Below are positions 51,236 to 63,296 of a DNA stretch of 64,000 nt, one piece after another. Below the pieces are notes generated by a model that did not search any database, had not been told where the DNA came from, and saw only the letters and a list, made by a program, of their open reading frames with translations. Positions within the stretch are counted from its first letter, which is position 1, and each line of letters starts with the position of its first letter. The position numbers and the translations under genes are program-made. The DNA comes from Carcharhinus longimanus (lineage: Eukaryota), in the NCBI GenBank assembly GCA_030264375.1, contig JASCQW010000162.1, positions 38,676,900-38,740,899 of the forward strand, given 5' to 3'.

Positions 51236-52124
51236 GTATGGAATGGAACTTGGATTGGCACTACTGGAAAATAAACTTGCAGGGTTAAGTGGCTAGAGTG
51301 AGGGTGTGTGACTGACTAGATTGCTCATCAGAGACTCAGCATGGTTAGGCGAAATGGCCAACTCCTGTGCCCTAATCGTTCTGTGCATTCTGAAATATGA
51401 GACTCTTCTATTGGGGACCATTTCGAAAATCCTAATATGTTGCATTTGCTAAATGCAAAAAGAGTTGACCCGTGTCAACTCTTTTCATTACTCTTTAAAT
51501 AATTCAAGAAGGTTAGTCAAGAAAGTCTTCCATTTTGAAATTTCTTATTACATATTTGGCGTTTATATCTTTGTGTAAGGATTCCATTATTTTCCGTCAC
51601 CTTTTCTTTCATTTACTGGACTTGTGCTTTGTCCCTTTTTAAGTTGAGGAATAGTATTACCAGTTCACCCATTCTCTGACACTATTCCCTCATTTAATTG
51701 TGCTCCTGCCACCTCTTTTGTAACTCACTTCAGTATGCGAGGATGCAATCTATCTGAACTAGTGGTCTTATCCTCTTGTTTGATTAGTTTATGAAATATT
51801 TTCCTAATTTCTAACCTGAATATCTTTTTTTTCCATCTGTTCTAATATGCCTACCTGTGAGAAATTTCTGTTATTTCACTGTTAGTATTTGGGCGTTTAT
51901 TTTATGCATACCTTAGTGTCTCTATCCCTATGCCGATTTGTCATTTATGTACCTGTAGAACACTGGTCAATTCGTCTGTGTAGTTTCTTTTAGCTTTCTA
52001 AATTATTTTTTAACTTTCTTCCCAAGCTCTTTGAATTTCCATTTATTATTCTTCTTTATACCCCTTTCTTTGGGTTTTGTTTTTCAAGTGCCTCTATTCA
52101 AGTGTGATGTTGCGTTATTTGCTG

Positions 52125-52440
52125 ATTACCTCTGCCATTGAAGATGAGTGAGGTAATATTTTGCCTGTTTGGTGGCCTGTTTGTCTGCAAACAATACATC
52201 TCAAAAACTACTATGTTCATTTCATTAAACTTGGTACATAGGGGATGAGGAACTGATTAGTTTTTGGTGAAGTTCGGAATCAGGGTTCTGGAATATTTTA
52301 AAGGATCCATTAACATTGGGAGATAAGGCAAATAGGCAACAATAATGTTGGATCCCCATAGAGACTGAGAACTTTTGAAAGGAAATTCAAATTTCCAGTT
52401 AATAGCTGACAGATTTCATGTTTTAAGATGCTTGCTGCAA
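52125..52440 (+). mobile_element. Helentron-associated (HINE/DINE-1-like) non-autonomous element
   Basis: ATTACCTCTGCC...GAGGTAAT inverted motif, TGTTTGTCTG repeat, and TCAAAAACTACT...AAACTTGGTACA. Partial second copy at about 53455-53520. Confidence 0.4.
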
Positions 52441-53114
52441 CAAACAGACCCAAAACACTATTGACTAAACACTAAAATACTATACTTTAAACCGCTGAAC
52501 AAAATTTTTAATGTAATTGGAAAAGAAGTATTGTACACATTACATTGCCCTTTAAGTAGACATTCAGTTCTACCAGAATCAGTCCAAGATGATTCCTGTC
52601 TCCTGAAGATTTATTTCTGATCTTTTTCCTTTCCCAGTCTTTTAACTCCAGAACTGCCTTTCATGGCATGAAGTTTCCTGGAATCATCTCCCTCTAGCTA
52701 AAGCTAGGCAAATTTTCCAACTTCATTTTCACTCCCCACGAATTTGGGCTCTCCAATCCGAGTACGTGCTTCCACCTGCATTTCTACACAGTGAACCGTA
52801 GAGTATCTACCTGTTCTACCCTGGATCCAGGCAGACTATCTTTATCCAAGTAGATACGCTGATAGCTATCCTTGAGATCTCAACTCTTCTTGATCTTGGA
52901 AGTAAATAGTTTATAATTTTTACAGCCCAACATTGTCAATGCTTTTACTTGGAGTGCCTCAGTTTACCCACTGTTAGCACACAGGCTGCTGCTGTTGTCT
53001 CCAAGTATAAATACTTCGCACCTTTTTCCTGGTAAAAACAATCTGGATCTCTTCAATCTCTGACAATCCAACCATCAAGGCTTGCTTTCAGGCAGATTTG
53101 AGAACAGAACATGT

Positions 53115-53403
53115 GACCTCTGGCTAAGATCAAGTGTAGTACGGACATGCAGTGCTTGGTTGAAGTCATTAGGTTACATTTCAGCTTCATTTGAAGCAAT
53201 TTTTTAAAGCAGCACCTTAGTCTTTTTCTAAGATGCAGATGAGATCAAGCTTTGGAGGAGGAGGTATGCCTACTCCAGTCAGCTTGGATCATGTAGATCA
53301 AGCCCAAGACAGGAGGTGAGACCCCTATCTTAGCTTGGATCAGGAATGTCTCAACTTGTTGAGACTCTGAATTGGACTTGATTGGATTGAATTGGAATAA
53401 AAA
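53115..53403 (+). mobile_element. U2 snRNA-headed structured element (candidate SINEU-like retroposon or U2 chimera)
   Basis: TGGCTAAGATCAAGTGTAGTA at 53121-53141 is identical to the 5' part of U2, ending at the branch-point recognition sequence. It is followed by a non-U2 hairpin body, an (ATTGG/ATTGA)n tail and AATAAAAA. Confidence 0.6.
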
Positions 53404-54829
53404 CAGAAAAAAGAGTCCCAAAACATCATCCCTCATAATTGTAACATGATGTTTTTGTCTGTTTGTAAACAATATATTTCAGAAAGTAACAGATTTCAAC
53501 TAAACCTGGTTACATGGTCCAACCTAAAGGTGGAGAAGAGACTGACCTAGAACAGTGCTATTATTCTATGTTCTGAAGTAAGAAATAATGTATATTCAAA
53601 TGGTAATGCATTAATTTGCATTNNNNNNNNNNNNNNNNNNNNNNNNNNNNNNNNNNNNNNNNNNNNNNNNNNNNNNNNNNNNNNNNNNNNNNNNNNNNNN
53701 NNNNNNNNNNNNNNNNNNNNNNTTTGCATTACTACAGTTTTCAGGATGTTGCAAAATTTCAATGATAAATTACTTTTTCTCTGGCAGTGTGATCAAAATC
53801 TTGTCAGTAAAAGCAGAAGGCAATTTACACGTCTACTTGGTTGAAAGAGGAAGTCTCTGTTCTTCAAATATTGCTTTGGGGTATTTTCTGTCAAACAAAA
53901 TGACCAAAGCAGGCGGATAGGGTCCCAGTTCAATGTTTTAACTGATTAATGACATTTCTGAAACAGTAACGCAGCACTGAAATGTCCTCCTAGATAAATA
54001 TACTCGAGTTTAAAGGCAGTTTGAACCCCCAATCTAGGAGAATTGTGTGATGCTATCAAATGAACCAATTAGTGCAGGGTAGGACCTTGGTGGGATTGTT
54101 GTTGGTGCAGGCTTGATGAGCCAAGTGGCCTCCCTCTCCACTGTAGGGATTCTACGATAAGGTAATGAGCAAAAATGACAATGGATCAATATTCAAAGCC
54201 AAATGAAATTTGCATTGATAATGTGCTGTCAGTGGCTGGATTTTACTACTGCTACTGGCCCCAGGCAAAATGAAGGCAAAGAAGACGTGATCTGGGAGAA
54301 GATGGCTATTGAAAATATGACGGAGTAAGTATATATACTGCCAACAATTTTTTTGAGATGTGTTTGGAGCTGACACTATCTCCAAAATAGTTGCACCAGA
54401 AATTACTTTGGATTGAAAGTGTTTACTGCAGGCATTTGAATTATATTTCTCTAGAAACCTAAATAAATTTCTTGTCCTGACTTTTCTAAATGGGCGTCAT
54501 CAGTCAGTAGCTAATATTAGTTTGAGATGTTATCTTTGGTGTTCCAACGTATAAGAAGAACTGGTTTTGGGTTTATATTTTAATGATAGGTGCCTTGAAG
54601 CAGCCTAGATCATTTCAGCTCCAATCATTTGCCTTATTGTTAATAAAAATGATTTTGATGCTTTGATCACTTTTGACATCTAGTCTCTTTTTTATAAAGT
54701 TTCTAGAAACTTTGTTTACCTAAACTTTTAAGATTATAGCATATGTTTAATTTTTAGTGTTTACTTAGGAAAATCGGTGTTTAATGTCCATTCCTTATTG
54801 CCCTTGAACAGGTGCTAGTAAGCCACTTG

Positions 54830-55150
54830 GGTTATTACAGAAGGTCAGGGGGCATGGAGTTGGGGGTAGGGTGTTAGCGTGGATAGAGGACTGGTAGTCA
54901 AATAGGAGGCAGAGAGTGGGGGTCAATGGGTGCTATTCGGATTGGCGGATGGTGACTAGTGGAGTGCCCCAGGNNNNNNNNNNNNNNNNNNNNNNNNNNN
55001 NNNNNNNNNNNNNNNNNNNNNNNNNNNNNNNNNNNNNNNNNNNNNNNNNNNNNNNNNNNNNNNNNNNNNNNNNCAGCCATGATCTTATTGAATGGCGGGG
55101 CAGGCTCGAAGGGCTAGTTGGCCTACTCCTGCTCCTATTTCTTATGTTCA
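54830..55150 (+). mobile_element. CR1 fragment spanning a gap
   Basis: VGVNGCYSDWRMVTSGVPQG before the gap and a CR1 3' tail after it. Confidence 0.75.
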
Positions 55151-55373
55151 CAGCGTTGTTATGGGAGGGAGTTTGATTTAACAATTTGACCAGTTTGACT
55201 TTAAAATTGCACAGCATTGAACTGGTGTGTACTTTCAATTGTGCAATTGTGGTCCACCAAGGTTTAATACATTATGTCTTTCAGCAATGTAGCGATTTCT
55301 CAGAAGTTTTGTAAATCAGTTGTAAAAATATTCTGTCATCAGTTTTCTTCCACTCCTCCTCATTCTTGAATAG

Positions 55374-55552
55374 GAGACTGCTGGACGAGACATCAAGGAT
55401 GTCAGATGTCAATATGAAGGGGCCCTTGTGATTCTTGATGCAGGAGCACAGTATGGAAAAGTGATTGATCGGCGTGTCAGAGAACTTTTTGTACAGTCAG
55501 AAATCCTGCCATTGGAGACGCCTGCTTTTGCAATCAAGGAGAATGGTTTTCG
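55374..55552 (+). CDS. GMPS: GMPS exon 2 (…[47 protein letters not shown])
   Basis: aatag| acceptor, CG|gtagga donor, 179 nt. ILDAGAQY motif of the glutamine amidotransferase domain. Confidence 0.96.
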
Positions 55553-55727
55553 GTAGGAATCAATTTTTGGTGCATCTTAAATGGATGAGTCTATGGATGT
55601 TGGTATTTATTCACTTTGAAATATATATATATTATAATTTTTTATATTTTTTTACAATATGATTGTAATCATAAAGCACTTTTTAGGAGGGTAAAACTTT
55701 CTAACATTTCACTCCAGCCCTTTGGAT

Positions 55728-55892
55728 TGTCCAAAGATATGCGGGTTAGGTCAATTGGCCTTGCTAAAATTGTCCCTTAGTTTCCTGAGATGTGTAGGTT
55801 AGTGGGATATGGGGGTAGGGCCTGGGTGGGATTGTGATCAGTGCAGACTCGATGGGCCCAATGGCCTCTTTCTGCACTTAGGGTTTCTATGT
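55728..55892 (+). mobile_element. HE1-like SINE, 3' half
   Basis: GTCCAAAGAT...GGCCTGGGTGGGATTGTG...TTTCTATG. Confidence 0.8.
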
Positions 55893-56489
55893 TCCTAATA
55901 GGGAAGCATTAAAATTGTCATTCATCCATTCTTGGTTGCAAGACCCCTTGGAAGAATAGCAGTCCTACTGAAATTACCTCCATGGTGGGGTATGTTTGTT
56001 GTTTAGGTTGCCTATTCCAAATTCCTTTTAAGTTACAAATACAGAATTTCATGCGAATGTGTTGTTCATGTATTTAATAGTCTTAGATAATGATGGAAAA
56101 TACCAGCAAGGTTCGAAAAAGTGAATGGAACATAAATAGGAGTAAGTGTATATCTGGTATGTGAATGCTAAATGACTTTTAACAATGAGATAAGACATAG
56201 AAGAGGTAGTTTTGCGCCTTCAGAGCTTTAAAAACTTTCCATGTGGTATGTTAATTTTAGCACTTAGATTGTAGCATATTGAAATGTATTTGTGTATCTT
56301 TCTTTACAATTTTTTAAGTTCAAGAACGCACTTGTGATTAAGGTAACTGGGAAACATGACTTAAGTCTGGCATTTTCATGGAGTTGAAGTGCAGTGCTCA
56401 TTAGCCAATTTCACTAATCAAATTGATAGTGCTTTTATAAAAAACAAAGAGAGACTAACTTTGTAACTGCCACAGAAAAGCAGTCAGCA

Positions 56490-56985
56490 TGATTAAGGAC
56501 CCCACACGCCCTGGACATACTCTCTTCCACCTTCTTCTGTCGAGGAAAAAGATACAAAAGTCTGAGGACGTGTACCAACTGACTCAAGAACACCTTTTTC
56601 CCTGCTGCCATCAGACTTTTGAATTGACCTACCTTCCATTAAGTTGATCTTTCTGTATACCCTAGCTGTGACTGTAACACTGCATTCTGCACTCTCGCCT
56701 TTTCTTCTCTATGAACAGTATACTTTGTCTATATAGCACACAAGAAACAANNNNNNNNNNNNNNNNNNNNNNNNNNNNNNNNNNNNNNNNNNNNNNNNNN
56801 NNNNNNNNNNNNNNNNNNNNNNNNNNNNNNNNNNNNNNNNNNNNNNNNNNCTGTGACTGTAACACTGCATTCTGCACTCTCGCCTTCTCTATGAACAGTA
56901 TACTTTGTCTATATAGCACACAAGAAACAATACTTTTCACTGAATATTAATACATGTGACAATAATAAGTCAAATCAAACAATCA
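56490..56985 (+). mobile_element. Rex1/Babar-type LINE 3' fragment, second copy, spanning a gap
   Basis: Reverse complement of about 47756-48050. Ends GACAATAATAAGTCAAATCAAA. Confidence 0.8.
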
Positions 56986-57236
56986 ACACTTTCTACAACA
57001 GTACATCTTCTTGTTCTATTTTGCACACTCACTGTTCCATTCCTTTTTGTATTAAATTCCAGTTTTTTTTAGAATTCCCTCTTTTACTTTCTACTTTTCT
57101 TTTTTATAATAAACCACTTAATCTCTTGCATCTATCTTTCGTTATAGAATTTGATTACCAGCTTACTGTAATGCAGTTATGACATTCTTACAAATATGCA
57201 AGTTCGTTGTTCTTAAATACTATTTCTACTTTACAG

Positions 57237-57351
57237 AGCTATCATCATATCGGGGGGGCCGAGTTCTGTCTATGCCGAAGATGCTCCATGGTTTGATCCA
57301 GCAATATTTACAATTGGCAAACCTGTTCTTGGAATCTGCTATGGAATGCAG
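57237..57351 (+). CDS. GMPS: GMPS exon 3 ([38 protein letters not shown])
   Basis: 115 nt, GT-AG boundaries. SGGP motif and catalytic Cys in GICYGMQ. Confidence 0.98.
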
Positions 57352-57846
57352 GTACTGTGCACAAATTCAGATCATTAATGTAAGTGTATGGTAAAGAATA
57401 GGGCTAATTTCACTTAGGGTGATGAATCTTTGGAATTCTCTACTGTGTCTGTGAAGACTCAGCCACTGTGTGTATTCAATAATGTTCTTGATATTAAAGA
57501 TATCAAGAGATGTGGAAATAGTTGGCAAAATTGCCTGAGGTAGAAGATTAGCAGTGATTTTCTAGAATGGTGGAGTAGATTGGAAGGGCTGAATGGCCTA
57601 TTCCTTTTTCCTATGTTCCTAAAGCTTTTGTCTATATCTTTTTATTAGAAGTATTATGGTGGCATAATTTTATTTAAAGCTATTGTGCTGAGTTATGCAC
57701 TTGTGTTTTTTTTAAACTGCTGTAAAATGTGATTTTCATTAGTTGTCTTTGATGTATATCTGTTTGATAGTGGATTAGAATTTCAAGTTTTATGTAGAAG
57801 AAGATTGAAGCATTACATAGAAACCAATTTGTATTTACATTCACAG

Positions 57847-57944
57847 ATGATGAATAAAGTTTTTGGAGGTACAGTGCACAGAAAGAATGTGAGAGAAGAT
57901 GGCCTATTTACAATAAATGTGGATAATAACTGTTCACTGTTCAG
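57847..57944 (+). CDS. GMPS: GMPS exon 4 (MMNKVFGGTVHRKNVREDGLFTINVDNNCSLFR)
   Basis: 98 nt, cacag| and AG|gtactg, phase consistent. Confidence 0.97.
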
Positions 57945-58362
57945 GTACTGATGACGTATTTTAAATCAAATGTATTTTCATTTTTTTTGTTCTGAAGAAA
58001 AGTTAATGAACCTTCCTGACCAAGATACCAAAATGTTTCTTGCACTATTTAGTTTCCATAGCCTCTGCATTTTGTGCTATGCTGATGAAACCTACTTTGT
58101 ATATAGAAAGCAAGGCTAGAAATGCATTGAAATTGAAAAGCTTTATGCAATTTTTTCTGCATTAAAGCTTAGGTCTCATATTTTTTCTTAAATTCTCCTC
58201 TTCCCAGCCCTAAAGAAAAAAATTAGAATTATTTTCCATGGAATCAGCAATTTCATTTTGGCTTTTGTTAAACATTGTTAAAAACGTTACCCTCCTGTTA
58301 TGCAGTTCCCATGTTTTATTATTGTTTATTTTTCTATATTTCCTAAATTTCCTCTCCATTAG

Positions 58363-58466
58363 AGGTCTGCAGAAAGATGAGGTTGTTCTGCTCACTCACG
58401 GTGACAGTGTGGACAAGGTGGCAGAGGGCTTCAAAGTCGTTGCACAATCTGGAAACATTGCAGCAG
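58363..58466 (+). CDS. GMPS: GMPS exon 5 (GLQKDEVVLLTHGDSVDKVAEGFKVVAQSGNIAA)
   Basis: 104 nt, GT-AG boundaries. THGDSV motif. Confidence 0.97.
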
Positions 58467-59190
58467 GTATATTTAGCAATGAGTACTTGTGAATCCAGGT
58501 TTGACTGTGTTTGCGTGCATTTTGAATGTAGTGTGACAGACGCATTGTTTTCAAATGGGAAGTCAACAATTTATCCATGCTGTGATTATGACCAGTATAC
58601 TATCACAGTGATTTTTCTTGTGTGTCTGGTGATTTTTATATGCCAGTATCCAATTGTTAATGAATTTTCTCAGCTGAGACACTGCATCAGCGTCAAGAGC
58701 CACAAAGGAATCCCGATGCGTACAATGCATTCTGGAGTTCTTGTAGTTGCCCTGGTGGACCAGCTCCCTTCTGGCAGGGGATACCTTAAATGATGGGCCT
58801 CCACTTATGGTAGAAAATATATGGTAAAACTGGGAATATCTCCTGTGAGGTAGGAGACCTTTCAACTATTTTTTTCAGAATAATATCGTAGAAAGGAAGG
58901 CATTATTTTATGCTTCCTCCTCCCTTGGTCCTACTCCACCGTTGAAACTATTTCCTGGTAAACTGATCGTCTAAAATGTGGTGGAGGGAGGAATGAGAAA
59001 ACTATTTGTTTTGTCAAAGCTTTCTGCTGCCTGATCAAGCTCTGTAGCCCACAGTACTTTCTGTTAGATTATTGGTTTAGTAAGTGTGCATAAGATTTAA
59101 ATGAGTGTAACTTTGAAGCAGAAGTAGGCCATTTGGCCCATTAAGTCTGCTCTGCCACTCAATGAGATCATGACTGATCTGAAATGATTA

Positions 59191-59512
59191 GGGGCGGCAT
59201 GGTGGCACAGTGGTTAGCACTGCTGCCTCAGCACCAGGGACCCAGATTCAATTCCTGGCTTGGGTCACTCTCTGTGGGGAGTTTGCACGTTCTCCTTGTG
59301 TCCGCGTGGGTTTCGTCTGGGCGCTCTGGTTTCCTCCCACAGTTCAAAGATGTGTGGGTTAGGTGGATTGGTCATGCTAAGTTGCTTCCTAGTGTCAGGC
59401 GGACTAGCTAGGGTAAATGGATGGAGTTATGGGGATAGGGCCTGGGTGGGATTGTGGTTGGCGCATACTTGATGGGCCGAATGGCGGCCTCCTGCACTGT
59501 AGGATTCTATGA
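59191..59512 (+). mobile_element. Near full-length HE1-like (tRNA-derived V-SINE) shark SINE, nested in a minus-strand CR1 tail
   Basis: A-box TGGCACAGTGG, B-box-like GATTCAATTCC, core GGGTTT..GG.GCTC.GGTTTCCTCCCAC, tail GATTCTATGA. Confidence 0.9.
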
Positions 59513-60388
59513 TAATCCTCAACTCCACTTTCCTGCCTTATCCCCATAAACCTCGATTCCTTTACTGTTTAATAATCTAGTTGAGCCCTGAACGTACCTA
59601 ATGATCCAGCCTCCTCAGCCCTTCATGGTAATGAATTCCACAGATTCACTACCTTCAGAGAAGAAATTCCTTCTCACCTTTGTCTTAAATGGGTGAACCT
59701 ATAATTCCCGGACATTATTTTTCATCTTGTAATTGCTTTAAGAGGATTTTGCATTGCAGATTGAGGTAAAATCATAATTTATAGCTCTATCTATCTATCC
59801 CTTCCAAAGTGGAATGTATATTGTGTTTGTGGGCAGTGAAGTGTAATTGCCTATAATAAAGCAGTAGAATTAATAGTAGAAACAGTCACTGCTTTCTCTG
59901 AGGGCAGGTGCTGTACAACGATGTTCTACACAAGGGAAAATGAGAGGGAATTTGGTGCTCTGCCAAACATATCTAATGGTTGGCAGACCAGGGTTGGCAA
60001 AGCTCTTTGTATGACTACAGTGAGATTTCCTCATGTTATCCCAGGGCTGGCCTTCAGGTGTTCCACTCTGGAACTGGCAATAAAGAATTTTGTGTGAGTA
60101 ACTGGTCAAGTGATTCCCCACAAAGTCACTACTGAGATAGCTTAAAAGTGTGGAAGCTGGCTGGTGTAAGCTTGTTTCTATCAATGAATAATACAACTTT
60201 ATTTCTGTGGTTGATGTTTATTGTAAAGCTTCTACTTATAAGGGACGTATTTCGAAATGCTTAGTTGATGAAATTAAAACAAGTGAGAATGTGGAATATT
60301 GCCTATTTTAGAAATGTTTCATATTTGATCTTGTACAAAAGAGTATTTTAAAATGTGTGCGTTAATTTTCTGTTTGAACTGTATACAG

Positions 60389-60582
60389 CAATAGCAAATG
60401 AATCCAAGAAGCTCTATGGTGTTCAGTTCCACCCGGAAGTAGATTTGACAGAGCATGGCAAAGACATTTTGAAGAATTTCTTGTTTGATATAGCTGGTTG
60501 TAGCGGAACATTCACAGTCCAGAGCAGAGAAGTAGAATGTATCAGAGAGATACAAAAGAAAGTAGGACATTCCAAAGTTTTG
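60389..60582 (+). CDS. GMPS: GMPS exon 6 ([23 protein letters not shown]...KVGHSKVL)
   Basis: 194 nt. QFHPE carries the catalytic His and Glu. Donor TTG|gtaagc. Confidence 0.98.
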
Positions 60583-60715
60583 GTAAGCTTTACTGATATT
60601 TTACAATTTGTACAATAATGAAAAACATGTTTTACATTCCATTGCACACATTTGCTTTAATAAACATAACCAGATTTCACTGTGGAAATTCTGTCTGTTG
60701 TCACTTAATCCATAG

Positions 60716-60881
60716 GTATTACTAAGCGGTGGAGTAGATTCTACAGTGTGCACAGCCTTGTTAAATAAGGCTTTGAACCAAGACCAAGTAATTGCTGTTC
60801 ACATTGACAATGGTTTCATGCGGAAAAAGGAGAGTCAGACTGTTGAGGAGGCCTTGAAGAAACTTGGTATTAAAGTTAAAG
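60716..60881 (+). CDS. GMPS: GMPS exon 7 (VLLSGGVDSTVCTALLNKAL...HIDNGFMRK...LGIKVK)
   Basis: 166 nt. SGGVDS PP-loop of the ATP pyrophosphatase domain. Confidence 0.98.
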
Positions 60882-62264
60882 GTAAAAATGCAAAAGGAAT
60901 TCTAGCTGGTTTTAATCAGTGATACTATAAAACCAATGTGGGAATATTCCTGTCGGGAGTATTTACAGATCTATATACAGCACGTGGATGATGAAGCATA
61001 TCATTTAAATTTAGAAAAGACATTGAAGCCACACTGCACAGTATGAACTCATGGCATGTTAGGTAAAGGAAATTATCATTGAGGTAGGACATGGGATGCT
61101 GGGGCTGTTTTTATTGGAGCGGTGAAAGCTAAGAGGAGATATAACTATTTAAAATTATGAAAGGTTTTGGTAAATTGAATAGAAAAAGATTCATTAGAGA
61201 AGTAAAAGCCCAGGGGATTCAAGAGCAATTGGCAAGTTGGGTACAAAATTGGTTCCATGGCTGGAAACAAAGGTATTGATCAATCGGTATGTCTGACCAT
61301 TTTGAGTGGTGTTTTGCGAAACTCTGCTTGGTACCTTACGGATGGACCATGGTATATATCATGGCTTTAGATGTAAATGTATCAAGTGTGATTGATAAGT
61401 TTGCAGATAGTGGAAAAGATGACCGTGTGGTTAATAGCACGGAAAACAGTTGTAGCAGGAAGATTCCAGTAGACAGGTCAGGAAGGCAGGAAAGTGGCGC
61501 ATAGAATTCACTCGAGAGAATTGATAGGTAATGCATTTTAGAAAGGCATGCAAAGTTTGCAAGGCAAGGGTAGACAATAAATGGTTGTTCTGAGAAGTGT
61601 AAACAGTGGGTCCATGGAGTGGATGTCCATAGATCATTTGAAGTAGTGGGACTGATAATCTGGGTGGTCAAAGAGGATATAAGACAGCATTTTTTTGGCT
61701 GGTATGTGGCCTTTTTTTTTTGTGCTGTTTCTGTGACCAACATCCCAAGCTCAAAGTTGAGAATCCAACCGTACGTTGGCATTGCGGAAATGAGGGAGAA
61801 ATAAAATTGGTAGCACTATGCAGCTGAAATGTTTCTTACTTAGTTGATTTACGTGTAATCAATTGACGTGTAGGAAGCTTATCTACAACTTGCAGAAAGT
61901 TGTAGCATTCCCCAGTATTGCTGCTGTTTACATAATGGGCATGGCTTGTTTTTTTTTGCCAAATTGAAAATGATTCCAATGCTTTTTCTGTAAATGAGTG
62001 TCTAATGTGCTACTTTTGTATAGTGCTCACCCTGGTATCCTGAATTGTTATTTGGTTGACTTGCTGTTAATAAAGTTCTTGCCAATACAAGAAGCATAAG
62101 ACTGATACAAACCTATTTAGAGCAGATTGTTTTGTCTATATGCATAACTACATACCCTACAGTTTTAACCATTGTGGTATTCATCTTTAAGTTGTATTTG
62201 AAGACTATAATTTAATTCTTTACTTTTGTAAATTATGACAGCAAATTCCTTTTAATATTTTCAG

Positions 62265-62416
62265 TGGTTAATGCTGCACATGCATTTTACAATGGTACAA
62301 CAACTCTACCAATTTCAGAAGAAGACAGGACTCCTCGAAAAAGAATAAGTAAGACCCTAAATATGACGACAAATCCAGAAGAGAAAAGAAAAATAATAGG
62401 GGATACATTTGTGAAG
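62265..62416 (+). CDS. GMPS: GMPS exon 8 (VNAAHAFYNGTTTLPISEEDRTPRKRISKTLNMTTNPEEKRKIIGDTFVK)
   Basis: 152 nt. PEEKRKIIG motif. Confidence 0.98.
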
Positions 62417-62558
62417 GTATTTTTTTAAGTTAACTTTGTGGCATTACCCATAATAATTTATCTTGTGGTACAGTACTCAAAATGTTTTACTTGAGCATCT
62501 TTCTTGAGCTGTGAAAAATGAAAGGCCCAAATTTTTCTCTTGATTCTCCTTATTCTAG

Positions 62559-62732
62559 ATTGCAAATGAGGTAATTGGGGAAATGAATTTAAAGCCTGAG
62601 GAAGTGTATCTTGCTCAAGGTACATTGAGGCCAGATTTAATTGAAAGTGCTTCAAGAGAGGCAAGTGGGAAAGCAGATGTCATCAAAACTCATCATAATG
62701 ACACTGAACTGATCAGAAAATTGAGAGAAGAG
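62559..62732 (+). CDS. GMPS: GMPS exon 9 ([32 protein letters not shown]...[17 protein letters not shown])
   Basis: 174 nt. [13 protein letters not shown] and IKTHHN motifs. Confidence 0.98.
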
Positions 62733-63091
62733 GTCAGTGATGAATTTTATTAGTTTTGTTTAGTAAGATAATCACTGCAACTTTATTTAGTATGATCCAT
62801 ATATGATTGGAGACATTTGACCAAAGTTTATATAATTGATATTCTAATATTTTTTCAGCATTTCTCTAACAAGTTACTTCACAGGTATGAGTATATACTG
62901 TAGCTTCATTCAGTCTTTTAGTAAGCAGTATTCTGTCTGTTAGTAAGAGAAACTGTGAGCAGCCATGCACATGCATTTCCTTGCAGTTTTTCATGAAATT
63001 AAAATTTGTTTAATTTCATAATTCTTCAGATAGGAAGTATATTTTGTCGTTAAGGCTGAATACATATATGACTCTATGTTTGGTTCTGCAG

Positions 63092-63197
63092 GGTAAAGTG
63101 ATTGAGCCACTAAAAGACTTCCACAAGGATGAAGTGAGGGCATTAGGCAGAGAGCTGGGTCTTCCTGAAGATATTGTTTTGAGGCACCCATTCCCAG
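63092..63197 (+). CDS. GMPS: GMPS exon 10 ([35 protein letters not shown])
   Basis: 106 nt. KDEVR and RHPFP motifs. Confidence 0.98.
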
Positions 63198-63296
63198 GTA
63201 AACTGAATAGACAATCTTACCTTTACTGAATTCAAAGTTATTCCATTATTTAGTTACATAATTAATTTCTGGTTTATGTTGAATTTTCTTTTAAAG

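Noticed and set aside
53121-53141. Functional U2 snRNA gene
   Set aside because: Only about 21-27 nt of U2 are present. Stem II, the canonical Sm site and the 3' stems are missing.
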